From contig DASXDL010000041.1 of the NCBI GenBank assembly GCA_036490715.1, forward strand, positions 6,478-70,477: a DNA stretch of 64,000 bases, written 5' to 3'. Position 1 is the first letter of the stretch, and each line of letters begins with the position of its first letter. The position numbers were made by a program, and so were the translations under genes. Of the stretch, positions 25,860 through 36,112 are shown in pieces. The notes under the pieces are model-generated. The model worked only from the letters and a program-made list of their open reading frames with translations, was not told where the DNA came from and searched no databases. Origin of the DNA: Steroidobacteraceae bacterium (lineage in GTDB: Bacteria > Pseudomonadota > Gammaproteobacteria > Steroidobacterales > Steroidobacteraceae).

Positions 25860-26210
25860 TTATTCGGTGACCTGAAGGCTGGTCACAAAGTATTCGGTCT
25901 CCCCCAGGCACGACGGCAGCCACTTGTGCTGGTCGTAGTTCAGCAGCACGCGCTTGCCCAGACTGGCCGTGAGCGCTTTGACCACCGCCGGGTCGCGCAC
26001 CGTGAAGGCGAATTTCTCGGCCACGGTGCCGGGCATCGTCACCATCGCCATCTCGCCTTCCCAGGTCTTGCACAGCACCCCCTTGCGGGAAACCTTCTGC
26101 ACGAACCCGGCGCGCGCGCCGCTGGAATAGCTCCAGTGCAGCATCAGCCACAGGTAGCCGGCGAAGCCACCGATCACCAGGATCAGGAAGATGACGATGA
26201 ATTTTTTCAT
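25860..26210 (-). CDS. membrane-anchored hypothetical protein
   Basis: MKKFIVIFLILVIGGFAGYLWLML forms the anchor, followed by about 90 soluble residues. An alternative start lies at 26237. Confidence 0.5.
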   Translation of the reverse strand: MKKFIVIFLILVIGGFAGYLWLMLHWSYSSGARAGFVQKVSRKGVLCKTWEGEMAMVTMPGTVAEKFAFTVRDPAVVKALTASLGKRVLLNYDQHKWLPSCLGETEYFVTSLQVTE

Positions 26211-26308
26211 GGGCGTTGTTGTTAGAGGCAGCGGCATTATATGCCGGGCTTAGGCCCGCTGGCGTACACTGACCGGCTCCAAGACCTGCGGATCACAGGG
26301 CAACGTTG

Positions 26309-28384
26309 ATGCAGCGTTCCTCAGCGGCGGCACGGCGCGCCGGCTTGCCGTGGCTACCGAGCGTGCTGCGAGTGTCACTGGCGGCAAGCCTGGGGCTGCT
26401 GCCGCCGTGTGCACTGTCCGAGCCCATCTCCGGCATCGAGCTGCAGTACGCCGATGACGGAGTTCGGCCGCAGGACGACTTCTACCGTCACGTCAACGGC
26501 AAATGGCTCGACAGCACGCAGATCCCGCTTGACCAGAGCGGTTATGACTCCTGGAACAAGCTCGAAGACGATGCCCACGAGCAGCTGCGCGGCATCATCG
26601 AGCAACTGCAGCGCGCGCCGAACCGGGGCGATCCGGATCAGCAGAAGATCGCCGATCTGTATGCCAGCTTCATGGACGAGGCCACCCTGGAGCAGCTGGG
26701 CTTAAAGCCCCTGGCCAACGAATTGGCCACCATCGAGGCGCTGACGTCCCGGCAGCAGATCGCGGCGCTGATGGCGCACTTCAACCGCATCGAGGTCACC
26801 GTCCCGTACGTGCCGAGCGTGCATCAGGACGCCAAAGATGCCAGCCGCTACGTCTATGACCTGCGACAGGATGGTCTGGGGATGCCTGACCGTGACTACT
26901 ACCTGCAGGGCAAGCGCGAGCTGCGCCAGACGCGCACGCTGTATCGACAGCACGTCGAAGACATGCTGCGGCTGGCGGGCGATCCGGCGGCGGCGCGTGA
27001 AGCCGCGGACATCGTTGCGCTGGAGACGAAACTGGCGCGGGCGCAGTGGACGCAGGTGCAGAGCCGCGATCCGGTCAAGACCTACAACCGCTACACGATC
27101 GCGCAATTGACCGCTCTGATGCCCGGCTACGACTGGAGCGCTTACCTGGGCGCTGCCGGGGTGCTCGGCAAGGTCGACTACCTGGTGATCGGACAGCCCA
27201 GCTATTTCCGGCAGTTCAACCAGATCCTGGCAACGACGCCGCTGCCGGTGTGGCAGAGCTACTTTCGCTGGCATCTGCTGAGCGATTACGCGCGCTTTCT
27301 CGATCAGCGCACGGTGACCGAGCAGTTCTCGTTCTACGGTACCTCGCTGCTGGGCGTGCCGCAGATCCGGCCGCGCTGGCGGCGCGGCGTTGAGCTGGTG
27401 GACGACGCGCTCGGCGAAGCCCTGGGCCGCCTGTATTGCGCCCGCTATTTCCCGCCCGAGTCCAAGGCCCGCATGGACCAGCTGGTGGAGCATCTGATCG
27501 CCGCCTTTCGCGCCGACATCGCCACGCTCGACTGGATGGGACCGCAGACGCGGCAGCGGGCGCTGGCGAAACTTGCCAAGCTGACGCCCAAGATCGGCTA
27601 TCCGGAGCACTGGCGCGATTACAGCCGGCTGCAGATTCGCGCCGACGATCTGGTGGGCAACGTCATGCGCGCACGCGAATTCGACTACCAGCGCAACCTC
27701 GACAAGCTCGGCAAGCCGGTGGATCGCTCCGAGTGGTTCATGACGCCGCAGACCGTCAACGCTTATCACAATCCGGAGCTGAACGAGATCGTGTTTCCGG
27801 CCGCGGTGCTGCAGCCGCCGTTCTTTGATGCGCGCGCCGACGATGCCGCGAACTACGGCAGTATCGGCGCGGTGATCGGCCACGAGATCAGTCACGCCTT
27901 CGACGACAACGGCAGTCAGTACGACGGCGATGGCAATCTTTTGGGCACGCCGGGCTGGTTCACCAGCGAGGACTACCGCCGCTTTCGTGCTCGCACGCAG
28001 CTGCTGGTGCGCCAGTACGCGGCGCAGCAGCCGCTGCCGGGCTATCACATCAACGGTCAGCTCACGCTCGGCGAGAACATCGCCGACAACTCCGGCCTGG
28101 CGGTCGCGTACAAGGCCTACCGGCTGTCGCTGCAGGGCCGCGAGGCGCCGGTGATCGACGGCCTGAGCGGCGATCAGCGTTTCTACATGGGTTTTGCCCA
28201 GACCTGGCGCGACAAGACGCGCGACAATCAGATCATCGTCGACATCAAGACCGACAAGCACTCGCCCAATCGCTATCGAGGCAGCCTGCCGTTGATGAAT
28301 CAGGCGCCGTTCTACGCCGCCTTCGAGGTCAAGCCGGGTGACGGCATGTACCTGCCGCCACCACAGCGCGTGAGCCTTTGGTAG
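26309..28384 (+). CDS. M13 family zinc metallopeptidase (PepO / endothelin-converting-enzyme-like)
   Basis: About 690 aa with a signal-like N-terminus, the HEISHAFD zinc motif and the downstream ENIADNSG. Confidence 0.9.
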   Translation: MQRSSAAARRAGLPWLPSVLRVSLAASLGLLPPCALSEPISGIELQYADDGVRPQDDFYRHVNGKWLDSTQIPLDQSGYDSWNKLEDDAHEQLRGIIEQLQRAPNRGDPDQQKIADLYASFMDEATLEQLGLKPLANELATIEALTSRQQIAALMAHFNRIEVTVPYVPSVHQDAKDASRYVYDLRQDGLGMPDRDYYLQGKRELRQTRTLYRQHVEDMLRLAGDPAAAREAADIVALETKLARAQWTQVQSRDPVKTYNRYTIAQLTALMPGYDWSAYLGAAGVLGKVDYLVIGQPSYFRQFNQILATTPLPVWQSYFRWHLLSDYARFLDQRTVTEQFSFYGTSLLGVPQIRPRWRRGVELVDDALGEALGRLYCARYFPPESKARMDQLVEHLIAAFRADIATLDWMGPQTRQRALAKLAKLTPKIGYPEHWRDYSRLQIRADDLVGNVMRAREFDYQRNLDKLGKPVDRSEWFMTPQTVNAYHNPELNEIVFPAAVLQPPFFDARADDAANYGSIGAVIGHEISHAFDDNGSQYDGDGNLLGTPGWFTSEDYRRFRARTQLLVRQYAAQQPLPGYHINGQLTLGENIADNSGLAVAYKAYRLSLQGREAPVIDGLSGDQRFYMGFAQTWRDKTRDNQIIVDIKTDKHSPNRYRGSLPLMNQAPFYAAFEVKPGDGMYLPPPQRVSLW

Positions 28385-29736
28385 CTGATCCGGCCCTAAG
28401 CGCCGGGCTGCCCACGCCGCGACGTTATCTTGCGATCGTGGCGGTCGCCTTCGGCACTGGACTGGCGGTGATCGATGGTTCGATCGTCGCGGTGGCGCTG
28501 CCGACGGTGGCCACCGACCTGCACGTCAGCGGCTCGATGGCGGTGATGGTGGTCACCGTCTATCAGCTGGTGCTGGTGATGACGCTGCTGCCGTTCTCGG
28601 CGCTGGGCAGCCGCATCGGCCTGCGCCGTCTGTACCAGTTCGGCCAGCTGGCATTCCTGATCGCCACGGTGCTGTGCTTCTTTGCACGCAACCTGCCGCT
28701 GCTGGTGACGGTGCGCGCGATCCAGGCGCTCGGCGCGGCCGCTTCGCTCAGCGTCTCGAGTGCCTTGATCCGCTCGATCTATCCGGCGCGCCAGCTCGGG
28801 CGTGGACTGGGCATCAACAACGTGGTGGTCGCCAGCTCCAACGCCATCGCGCCGACACTCGGCGGTCTGGTGCTGTCGGTGGCATCGTGGCCATGGATCT
28901 TTGCCGCCGCCTCGCCGCTGGCACTGCTGTCGTTGCTGTTGGGACGGCACGCGCTGCCCGATCCCAAGCCACGTGATGATCCGTACGATCTGCCGGCGGC
29001 GCTGCTGTGCGCGCTGACTTTTGGATTGATCATCGCCGGCCTGGAAACCGGCGTGCATGGCAGCTCGATGGCCGGCGCGGTGGCGATGGTGGTCGTCGGG
29101 GCCGTGGTGGCGGTGATCTTCGTGCGGCGTGAGCTGCGCTCGCGCATTCCGATCCTGCCGCTCGATCTGCTGGCCAATCGGGCGGTGGCGCTGTCGGCAC
29201 TGGGCGGCCTGCTGGTGTTCATCGCGTCGATGACCATCATTTTGTCGCTGCCGTTTCGATTGCAGCATCACTACGGCTATCTGCCGGGCGAGGTCGGCGC
29301 GGTGATCACGCCCTGGCCGTTGATCGTGGTGCTGATCGGCCCGACCGCGGGCGCGCTGTCGGATCGCTATCCGGCCGGCCTGCTGGGCGGCATCGGCATG
29401 GCGGTGGCGACCGTCGGTATGCTGCTGCTGGCGTTCCTGCCCGAACACCTGTCGCACTTCGACGTGGCGTGGCGCATGGCGCTATCAGGCGCAGGCTTCG
29501 GGCTGTTCCTGGCCCCCAACGCGCGGCTGATCGTGCACTCGGCGCCGCATGAGCGCGCGGCCTCGGCCGGCGGACTGATTTCCACCACGCGCCTGACCGG
29601 ACAGACGCTCGGGGCGACGCTGCTGGCGGCACTGCTGTCGATGGGGGTCGGGGCCGGGCCGGTGCCGGGACTGGTCGCCGCCGGGCTGGCGCTGCTGGCG
29701 GGCCTGTGCAGCCTGGCGCGTCTGAACTCGCGCTGA
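28378..29736 (+). CDS. MFS transporter
   Basis: 452 aa and polytopic (roughly 12-14 TM segments). The TTG start overlaps the peptidase stop by 7 nt. Confidence 0.8.
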   Translation: MVADPALSAGLPTPRRYLAIVAVAFGTGLAVIDGSIVAVALPTVATDLHVSGSMAVMVVTVYQLVLVMTLLPFSALGSRIGLRRLYQFGQLAFLIATVLCFFARNLPLLVTVRAIQALGAAASLSVSSALIRSIYPARQLGRGLGINNVVVASSNAIAPTLGGLVLSVASWPWIFAAASPLALLSLLLGRHALPDPKPRDDPYDLPAALLCALTFGLIIAGLETGVHGSSMAGAVAMVVVGAVVAVIFVRRELRSRIPILPLDLLANRAVALSALGGLLVFIASMTIILSLPFRLQHHYGYLPGEVGAVITPWPLIVVLIGPTAGALSDRYPAGLLGGIGMAVATVGMLLLAFLPEHLSHFDVAWRMALSGAGFGLFLAPNARLIVHSAPHERAASAGGLISTTRLTGQTLGATLLAALLSMGVGAGPVPGLVAAGLALLAGLCSLARLNSR

Positions 29737-29744
29737 CGGGTCCT

Positions 29745-30518
29745 TTAGGCGCCGATCACGGCCGGTAGATCGAAGCGGTGCTCGACCTGATCGGCGAGCT
29801 CGCCCGAGCTCGCCCAGGTCCACTCGGTGAAGCGCACAGCGCCGTGGCGATCCTGCAGCAGGATGGTCGAGCAGCGGGTGCCGTAGCTCGGCGCGCGGAT
29901 GAACGCGCTCGACAGCAGCCGCTCCCATTCCAGACTCACGCCGGTGCGCGGCAGCTGCGCATCATCAGCCTGGCGCTCATCACGCAGCAGCGTCAGCAGC
30001 GCTGAGTCATCCGGCAGGCGCGTGAGCGCGGCCGCGAGCGCCGACTTGGCCGCGCGCACCTTGGGCCAGGGGGTATCGAGCAGGTGGTTCGACAGCGCGT
30101 AGACCCCGGGACCCAACACCCGGCCGGCGCCCGGCACGCTCTCGTACACCGCCAGCTGCTCGCCATCGCTGAAGATCAGATTGAAAGGGTTGTAGCGGAC
30201 CGCGATCTTTTGCAGCTGCGCTAGCCAGCGCTCGACCGTCAAGCCGGCGGCAAGGGTGGCCGGTACCAGCTCGCCGCGGCTGGGCGCGGCGAGCTGCGGT
30301 AGCGCCGGATCGCGGTAATTGGTCAGCGCGGCGACGCGGCCATCGCGCGTCACGCCGAGCCAGGTGCCGCCGGCTTGCAGGTCGCGCCCGGCCAGAATTG
30401 GCGGCTGCCGCCACCACTGCGCGTTGGCCGCAGCGCGCTCATGAAACTCGTCGCGATTGGCCGCGAGCACCAGCGGATAGTCCGGGTGCGCGCGCCAAGC
30501 CAATAGGATCAGGCACAT
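29745..30518 (-). CDS. NRDE family protein (DUF833/TANGO2-like)
   Basis: MCLILLAWRAHPDYPLVLAANRDEF, with an N-terminal Cys2 and the NRDE motif. Confidence 0.85.
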   Translation of the reverse strand: MCLILLAWRAHPDYPLVLAANRDEFHERAAANAQWWRQPPILAGRDLQAGGTWLGVTRDGRVAALTNYRDPALPQLAAPSRGELVPATLAAGLTVERWLAQLQKIAVRYNPFNLIFSDGEQLAVYESVPGAGRVLGPGVYALSNHLLDTPWPKVRAAKSALAAALTRLPDDSALLTLLRDERQADDAQLPRTGVSLEWERLLSSAFIRAPSYGTRCSTILLQDRHGAVRFTEWTWASSGELADQVEHRFDLPAVIGA

Positions 30519-30536
30519 TCTCGCTCGTGCGGCGCG

Positions 30537-31427
30537 CTACAGCGCTGCGGCGTGGAACGTGTCGCAGTCGGCGACCCGCCCGGCGGCCAGGCCGCGCTTG
30601 AACCAGCTCACGCGCTGCGCGCTGGTGCCGTGGGTGAAGCTTTCCGGCACCACGCGGCCCTGGCTCTGGCGCTGCAGCGCGTCGTCGCCGATGTGCGAGG
30701 CGGCGTTCAACGCCGATTCGATGTCACCCTGCTCGAGCCAGTGTTTCTCCGCCTCGGCGTGAAAGGCCCACACCCCGGCGTAGCAGTCGGCCTGCAGCTC
30801 GACCTGCACCGAGGTGGCGTTGGCCTGCACCCGATCTTCACGCTGTCGCAGCGCGTCGACTTTGGCGGTGGTGCCCATCAGGTTCTGGACGTGGTGGCCG
30901 ACCTCGTGCGCGATCACGTACGCCTGGGCGAAGTCGCCGGGTGACCCGAGGCGCTCGCGCAGCGTCTGGTAGAAGCCCAGATCGATATAGACCTTGCGAT
31001 CCTGGGCACAGTAGAACGGCCCCATCGCGCTCTGGCCCGTGCCACAGGCGGTGGGAATGGCGTCGCGGAACAACACCAGGCGCGGGCGCTCGTAGGTCGC
31101 ACCGGACTGCTGGAACAGCTCGCCCCAGACATCCTCGGTGCTGGCCAGAATGGTGGATACGAAGTGCGCCAGCGAATCGTTGGCCGGTGGCGCTGGGGCC
31201 GGCTGGCTCGGCGCGCTCGAAGTGCTCGGCGCGCTGACGTCGCTGCCGCCGCTGAGCAGATTCAGGACGGTCAGCGGGTTGACGCCGAATGCCCAGCTGC
31301 CCACCAGTACCAGCAGCAAACCGCCCAGGCCGAGGTGGATGCCGCCGAAGCGCATGCCGCCACCACCGCCGGAATCGTCGCGCCGATCCTCGACGTTGTC
31401 GCTCTCGCGGCTATCCTGCCAGCGCAT
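30537..31427 (-). CDS. YpfJ-family neutral zinc metallopeptidase
   Basis: [16 protein letters not shown], a Gly run and a TM segment, plus the HEVGHHVQ zinc motif. Confidence 0.85.
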   Translation of the reverse strand: MRWQDSRESDNVEDRRDDSGGGGGMRFGGIHLGLGGLLLVLVGSWAFGVNPLTVLNLLSGGSDVSAPSTSSAPSQPAPAPPANDSLAHFVSTILASTEDVWGELFQQSGATYERPRLVLFRDAIPTACGTGQSAMGPFYCAQDRKVYIDLGFYQTLRERLGSPGDFAQAYVIAHEVGHHVQNLMGTTAKVDALRQREDRVQANATSVQVELQADCYAGVWAFHAEAEKHWLEQGDIESALNAASHIGDDALQRQSQGRVVPESFTHGTSAQRVSWFKRGLAAGRVADCDTFHAAAL

Positions 31428-31442
31428 GCGCGGTACCGAAGC

Positions 31443-31805
31443 TCAGGGACTGCGTTGCCGGTCGGCTTCGAAGAAGCCCCGTGCAATGCGTATGTAGTAG
31501 TTGGGCGACTCTTCAAAAAAGATCAGCGACGTGCCGGTGGTGAAGCAATACAGCTTGCCGTCCTCGCCCAGCCAGTTCATCGAGCAGTCGGTCTTGATGT
31601 GCTTGCCGGCCGCCAGACCCACCGGATCCTCGTTGTTGAATTCACCATGCAGCGTGTCGGGTGGCACCGCGTACTTCCAGATGCCGCCCGGTTGCGAGCG
31701 ATCGACGTGCTCGGCGGCCCCGGCGCAAGGGGCGAGCGCGAGCAAGCCGGCGCACGCCGTCAGCGCGAAGACCAAAGCTAGGCGATGATGAATGCGAGGT
31801 TTCAT
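31443..31805 (-). CDS. small secreted protein, function unknown
   Basis: Signal peptide MKPRIHHRLALVFALTACAGLLALAPCAGA. 120 aa. Its ATG overlaps the GST stop (ATGA). Confidence 0.55.
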   Translation of the reverse strand: MKPRIHHRLALVFALTACAGLLALAPCAGAAEHVDRSQPGGIWKYAVPPDTLHGEFNNEDPVGLAAGKHIKTDCSMNWLGEDGKLYCFTTGTSLIFFEESPNYYIRIARGFFEADRQRSP

Positions 31806-32437
31806 ACGGCCTTTTTCATCTGCGCCACCAGCTCCTCGCTCTGCTGCTGCGCGCGCTGATAGGCCGGGCGCGCGGTCAGCAGCGCCGAGTAGCCGGAAAA
31901 TTTCGGCGTCGGCTCGAGCGCCTTGATCATCAGTCCGAAGCCGATCTGGGCGCCGAGGTAGATGTCGGCGGCGCTGATGCGATCGCCCAGAATGTAGGGC
32001 CCCGGCGTCAGCGCCTTCTCCAGCGTGGCGACGAAATCCTCGTAGCGGCCGTAGCCCAAGGCGGAGGTGCGCTCCGGCACCGGCCGCTCCAGCATGCGAT
32101 CCATCAGTGCGGTGTCGACACAGCCGGCGCCGAAGAACATCCAGCGCAGATACGTGCCGCGCGCCGGATCGTCGGTGGGTGGCGCCAATGCCGCCTTCGG
32201 AAACGCGTCAGCCAGGTAGGCGCAGATCGCGCCGGTCTCGGTGATGGTGGTGCCGCGATGCGTAATCGCGGGCAGCTTGCCCATCGGATTGATCGCCAGG
32301 AACTTGGGCTGGCGCTGCTCGCCCTTCTGCAGATCGATGATCTCGATCCGGTACGGCGCGCCGACTTCCTCCAGCATCCAGTGCACCATGCGGGCACGGG
32401 ACATCGGGTGGTAATAAAAGGTGATCGCGTCGCTCAT
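31802..32437 (-). CDS. glutathione S-transferase
   Basis: ATG at 32437 gives MSDAITFYYHPMSRARMVHWMLEEVG...INPMGKLPAI (GST N-domain), followed by an all-helical C-domain. Confidence 0.85.
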   Translation of the reverse strand: MSDAITFYYHPMSRARMVHWMLEEVGAPYRIEIIDLQKGEQRQPKFLAINPMGKLPAITHRGTTITETGAICAYLADAFPKAALAPPTDDPARGTYLRWMFFGAGCVDTALMDRMLERPVPERTSALGYGRYEDFVATLEKALTPGPYILGDRISAADIYLGAQIGFGLMIKALEPTPKFSGYSALLTARPAYQRAQQQSEELVAQMKKAV

Positions 32438-32506
32438 GAGGGAGGTGACCTTAGCACCGCCGTCCGGAGCGCTCAATCACCCGATTTGTGTTTCATTATC
32501 AGCCTG

Positions 32507-33970
32507 TTAGGCCCCAGCGCGATTGGGGTCGCGCCACACCCGCTCGAACGGCAGACGCCAGGCATGCGGTGCCACCAGCTGGTGAATCGCATTCGGGCCC
32601 CAGGATCCTGGCGCGTACGGGCGCACCGCCGGCGGCGCCTCCAGCAACGGGGTTGAGACCTCCCACAATCGCTCGATGCCCTCGGCGGTGGTGAACAGCG
32701 TGTGATCGCCGCGCATCGCATCGAGGATCAGCCGCTCATAGGCCTCCAGTACGTCAGCGATCAGGCCGGTATCGTGCATCGCGAACTGCAGGCTCAGCTT
32801 GTCCAGGCGCATGCCTGGCCCGGGGCGCTTGCCATAGAACGACAGCGACATCTTGGAAGCATCGGCCAGGTCGAAGGTCAGATGGTCCGGTCCCTGGGCG
32901 CCGACACCCGAGCCGGCCGGAAACATGCTCTTCGGCGGCTCGCGAAACGCGATCGAGATAATGCGCTGGCCTTCGGCCATGCGCTTGCCGGTGCGCAGGA
33001 AGAACGGCACGCCAGCCCAACGCCAGTTGTCGATCGAGCACTTGAGCGCGACGAAGGTCTCGGTATCGGACTCGGCTGCGACGCCTTGTTCGGTGCGATA
33101 GCCGGTGTACTGGCCGCGCACCACATCGCTCGGCCGCAGCGGCAGCAGGCTGCGAAATACCTTGTTCTTCTCCTCGCTGATCGGCGCCGGCTCCAGCGCG
33201 GTGGGCGGTTCCATCGCCATGAATGCCAGGATCTGAAACAGGTGCGTGACCACCATGTCGCGGAACGCGCCGGTCTGCTCGTAGAACGCCGCGCGCTTGC
33301 CGAGCGCCAGGGTCTCGGGCACGTCGATCTGCACGTGATCGATGAAGTTGCGGTTCCAGATCGGTTCGAACAGGCCGTTGGCAAAACGGAACGCCAGGAT
33401 GTTCTGCGCCGGCTCCTTGCCCAGAAAGTGATCGATGCGGAAGATCTGCTGCTCGTCGAACACCTCGTGCAGCCGCGCATTGAGTGACACCGCGCTGGCA
33501 CGGTCGGTGCCGAACGGCTTTTCCATGATGATGTGCGAGCGCTCGACCAAGCCGGCTTCGCCCAGCAGGCGCACCGCGGCCAGCGCGGCGTTGGGCGGCA
33601 CGCTCAGGTAATGCAGCCGGCGGCTCTCGCCCGACAGCGCGTGCTCGGCCTGATCGACCGCGGCCCGCAGCACGCCGGCGCCGGCCGACAGCGGCACATA
33701 GTCCAGGCTCTGAGCAAACGTGTTCCAGTCGGCCTCGGTCGGCTTGTGCGGGCAGAACTCCTCGAGTGCCTGACGCGTGAGCGCGCGAAACGCATCGCGA
33801 TCGATGTTATCGAGCGACACGCCGATGATCCGCCAGGCCGGTATGAAGCCGGCGGTGGTCAGACGGAACAGACCCGGTAGCAGCTTGCGGCGCGACAGAT
33901 CGCCGGTGGCGCCCACCAGCACCACCACTTGCGGGAAACGCGGCCCGACGCCGGCGGGAACCTTTTGCAC
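32507..33970 (-). CDS. zwf: glucose-6-phosphate dehydrogenase
   Basis: 487 aa with the NADP motif GATGDLSRRKL and the active-site RIDHFLGKE. GTG start preceded by AGAGGAG. Confidence 0.95.
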   Translation of the reverse strand: MQKVPAGVGPRFPQVVVLVGATGDLSRRKLLPGLFRLTTAGFIPAWRIIGVSLDNIDRDAFRALTRQALEEFCPHKPTEADWNTFAQSLDYVPLSAGAGVLRAAVDQAEHALSGESRRLHYLSVPPNAALAAVRLLGEAGLVERSHIIMEKPFGTDRASAVSLNARLHEVFDEQQIFRIDHFLGKEPAQNILAFRFANGLFEPIWNRNFIDHVQIDVPETLALGKRAAFYEQTGAFRDMVVTHLFQILAFMAMEPPTALEPAPISEEKNKVFRSLLPLRPSDVVRGQYTGYRTEQGVAAESDTETFVALKCSIDNWRWAGVPFFLRTGKRMAEGQRIISIAFREPPKSMFPAGSGVGAQGPDHLTFDLADASKMSLSFYGKRPGPGMRLDKLSLQFAMHDTGLIADVLEAYERLILDAMRGDHTLFTTAEGIERLWEVSTPLLEAPPAVRPYAPGSWGPNAIHQLVAPHAWRLPFERVWRDPNRAGA

Positions 33971-34128
33971 GGCCGACTCCTCTGGTCACTGGCGGGCCGC
34001 CAGTCTATCTAAGGTGTCGCTACAACGGCGCCGTTAGCGGCTTAAACCTTCGGCGGCCGGGGTTCATCTAACCGTCATGAACCGCAATTGCCTGAAGCCC
34101 ACCGGCAGCCTGCGCAGGTCGGCTGACA

Positions 34129-34689
34129 TTGTCTGATGAGCCACTGCAACCCGAGCAGGAACAGCGCGCGATCGAGCGGGCGCGCCGTGGTGACATGCGC
34201 GCCTTCGAGCGCCTGTACCGCGCGCACGCCGGCTGGGTCTACGGCCTGTGCCTGCGGCTCACCGGCGAGCACGCCAGCGCCGAGGACTGTACCCAGGACA
34301 CCTTCGTGGCCGCGTGGCGCGCGCTGGGCCGCTTCGAGCAGCGCAGCCGCTTCGCCACCTGGCTGCATCGGATCGCCGTCAATACCGTGCTCGGCCAGCG
34401 CCGCGGACCGCGATTGCAGCTGGTCAGCACCGAGACCCACGCCGGCGAGGTGGCCGACGTCGCCGCCCCCGGGGACACCCATATTCCGATCGACCTGGAA
34501 CGCGCCATCGAGCGACTGCCGCCGGGTGCGCGCGACGTGCTGGTGCTGGTCGGACTGTACGGCTACAGCCATGAAGAGGCCGCGGACTCTCTCGGGATCG
34601 CCGTGGGCACCTCCAAGGCGCAGCTGCATCGGGCGCGCGCGCTGCTGTCGGCGCAGCACCTGGGCCCGCAACTGAGTGCGCAACTATGA
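34129..34689 (+). CDS. ECF-type RNA polymerase sigma factor
   Basis: 186 aa with sigma70 region 2 (FERLYRAHAGWVYGLCLRL) and a region 4 HTH (YSHEEAADSLGIAVGTSKAQLHRAR). TTG start. Confidence 0.88.
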   Translation: MSDEPLQPEQEQRAIERARRGDMRAFERLYRAHAGWVYGLCLRLTGEHASAEDCTQDTFVAAWRALGRFEQRSRFATWLHRIAVNTVLGQRRGPRLQLVSTETHAGEVADVAAPGDTHIPIDLERAIERLPPGARDVLVLVGLYGYSHEEAADSLGIAVGTSKAQLHRARALLSAQHLGPQLSAQL

Positions 34690-35219
34690 ATGAACCCGTG
34701 GATGAACTTCAGGCCCGGCTGCGCGCACTGCCACGCGAGATCCAGCCGCGACAGGATCTGTGGCCGCGCATCGAAGGTGCCATCCGGCCGCGACGTGCGG
34801 CGCGCTGGCCGCTGGCGCTGGCGGCCGGCATCGCGGTGGCTGGCGTGGCGATCGTGCTGGCGTGGAAGACACTGCAGGCCCCGGCCACGTCGCCGGCGCT
34901 GGCCGCGCTGCGCGCGGCGCCGGTGACCGCCGTGAGCTTCGCTCCGCCGCAGCAGGCCGGCTATCGCCAGGCGCGCTCGCAGCTGGAGCAGCTGTTTCGT
35001 CAGCGCCTGAGCTTGCTGCAGCCGCAGACCCGCGAGCGCATCGAGGCCAACCTCAAGATTATCGACCAGGCCGACGACGATATTCGCCGCGCGCTGGAGT
35101 CCGACCCGGCCAGTCCGCTGCTGCTGCAGCAACTGCAATCGACTCAACAGCAGGAATTGGATCTGTACACGGACGTCGTGCGCAATACCGAACCTGCGCT
35201 CGGAGGAAGCTCACTATGA
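34686..35219 (+). CDS. putative anti-sigma factor (single TM)
   Basis: ATGA overlap with the sigma gene. 177 aa with a central TM segment (WPLALAAGIAVAGVAIVLAW). Confidence 0.6.
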   Translation: MNEPVDELQARLRALPREIQPRQDLWPRIEGAIRPRRAARWPLALAAGIAVAGVAIVLAWKTLQAPATSPALAALRAAPVTAVSFAPPQQAGYRQARSQLEQLFRQRLSLLQPQTRERIEANLKIIDQADDDIRRALESDPASPLLLQQLQSTQQQELDLYTDVVRNTEPALGGSSL

Positions 35220-36106
35220 ATCACCCCACCATCGGACTGGCGCTGCTGACGGCGCTGGCGTGTGTCCATCCGGCGCAGGCGGCCGAGCGCAGCGTCGATC
35301 AGCATCAGGCGGCCGACCCCAACGGCACGGTCGAGATCATCAATGTGGCCGGCTCGCTCAACGTCAGTGGCTGGGATCGCTCCGAAGTGGCCGTCAGCGG
35401 CCAGATCGGTGAGCGCATCGACCGGGTCGAGCTCAGCGGCTCCGGCGCCAACACCACGGTGCGCGTGGTCGGTCCATCCGCCAGCCATTGGAGCGGCGAT
35501 GGCTCGGCCCGTCTGACCATTCATGTGCCCGAGCACAGCGCCTTGAATGCTTCGGTGGTGAGCGCTGACCTGAGCGTCGAAGGCGTGAGCGGCGCCCAGC
35601 ATCTGCGCAGCGTCAGCGGCTCGATCAAGAGCGACGGCGGCGGTGCAGCGCGCATCAACACCGTGGATGGCGGCGTGCAGCTGTCGGTCTCCGCCAATAC
35701 CGACGCCGAGGTGGTGACCATGAGCGGCGATGTGACGCTCAAGGGCGCGGGCGGCGAGGTCCGGGTCACCACAGTCAGTGGCGGTGGCACGCTGACGTTA
35801 GGAGCGGTGCATAGCTTGCGGCTGCGCACCGTGGCCGGCGACTTCAAGATCGCGGCGCGGCTCGATCCGGCCGCCGCGGTCGAGGTTCAATCGGTCAGCG
35901 GCGATGTGCAGCTGGATCTGAACGGCGCCGCCGGTGCACAGTTCGATGTGCGCTCCTTGAGCGGGACGATCCATAACTGCAGCGGGCCACAGCCGGTCGA
36001 GGCGCAGTACGGCCCCGGCTCGCGCCTGAGCTTCAGCAACGGTGACGGCAAGGCCCAGGTGCGCATGACCTCGACCACCGGTGAGCTGGAACTGTGCGCT
36101 AAGTAA
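35216..36106 (+). CDS. DUF4097-like (putative adhesin beta-strand repeat) secreted protein
   Basis: ATG at 35216 overlaps the anti-sigma stop (ATGA). Signal peptide MNHPTIGLALLTALACVHPAQA. Repeated SGDV/SGSI beta-strand motifs. Confidence 0.7.
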   Translation: MNHPTIGLALLTALACVHPAQAAERSVDQHQAADPNGTVEIINVAGSLNVSGWDRSEVAVSGQIGERIDRVELSGSGANTTVRVVGPSASHWSGDGSARLTIHVPEHSALNASVVSADLSVEGVSGAQHLRSVSGSIKSDGGGAARINTVDGGVQLSVSANTDAEVVTMSGDVTLKGAGGEVRVTTVSGGGTLTLGAVHSLRLRTVAGDFKIAARLDPAAAVEVQSVSGDVQLDLNGAAGAQFDVRSLSGTIHNCSGPQPVEAQYGPGSRLSFSNGDGKAQVRMTSTTGELELCAK

Positions 36107-36112
36107 CGCGGC

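Noticed and set aside
33989-34003. Palindrome CTGGCGG-G-CCGCCAG in the zwf leader as a HexR-type operator
   Set aside because: It does not resemble the TGT-N-ACA type HexR sites I know. It is GC-only and lies directly 5' of the zwf SD, so it is more likely a simple leader hairpin.
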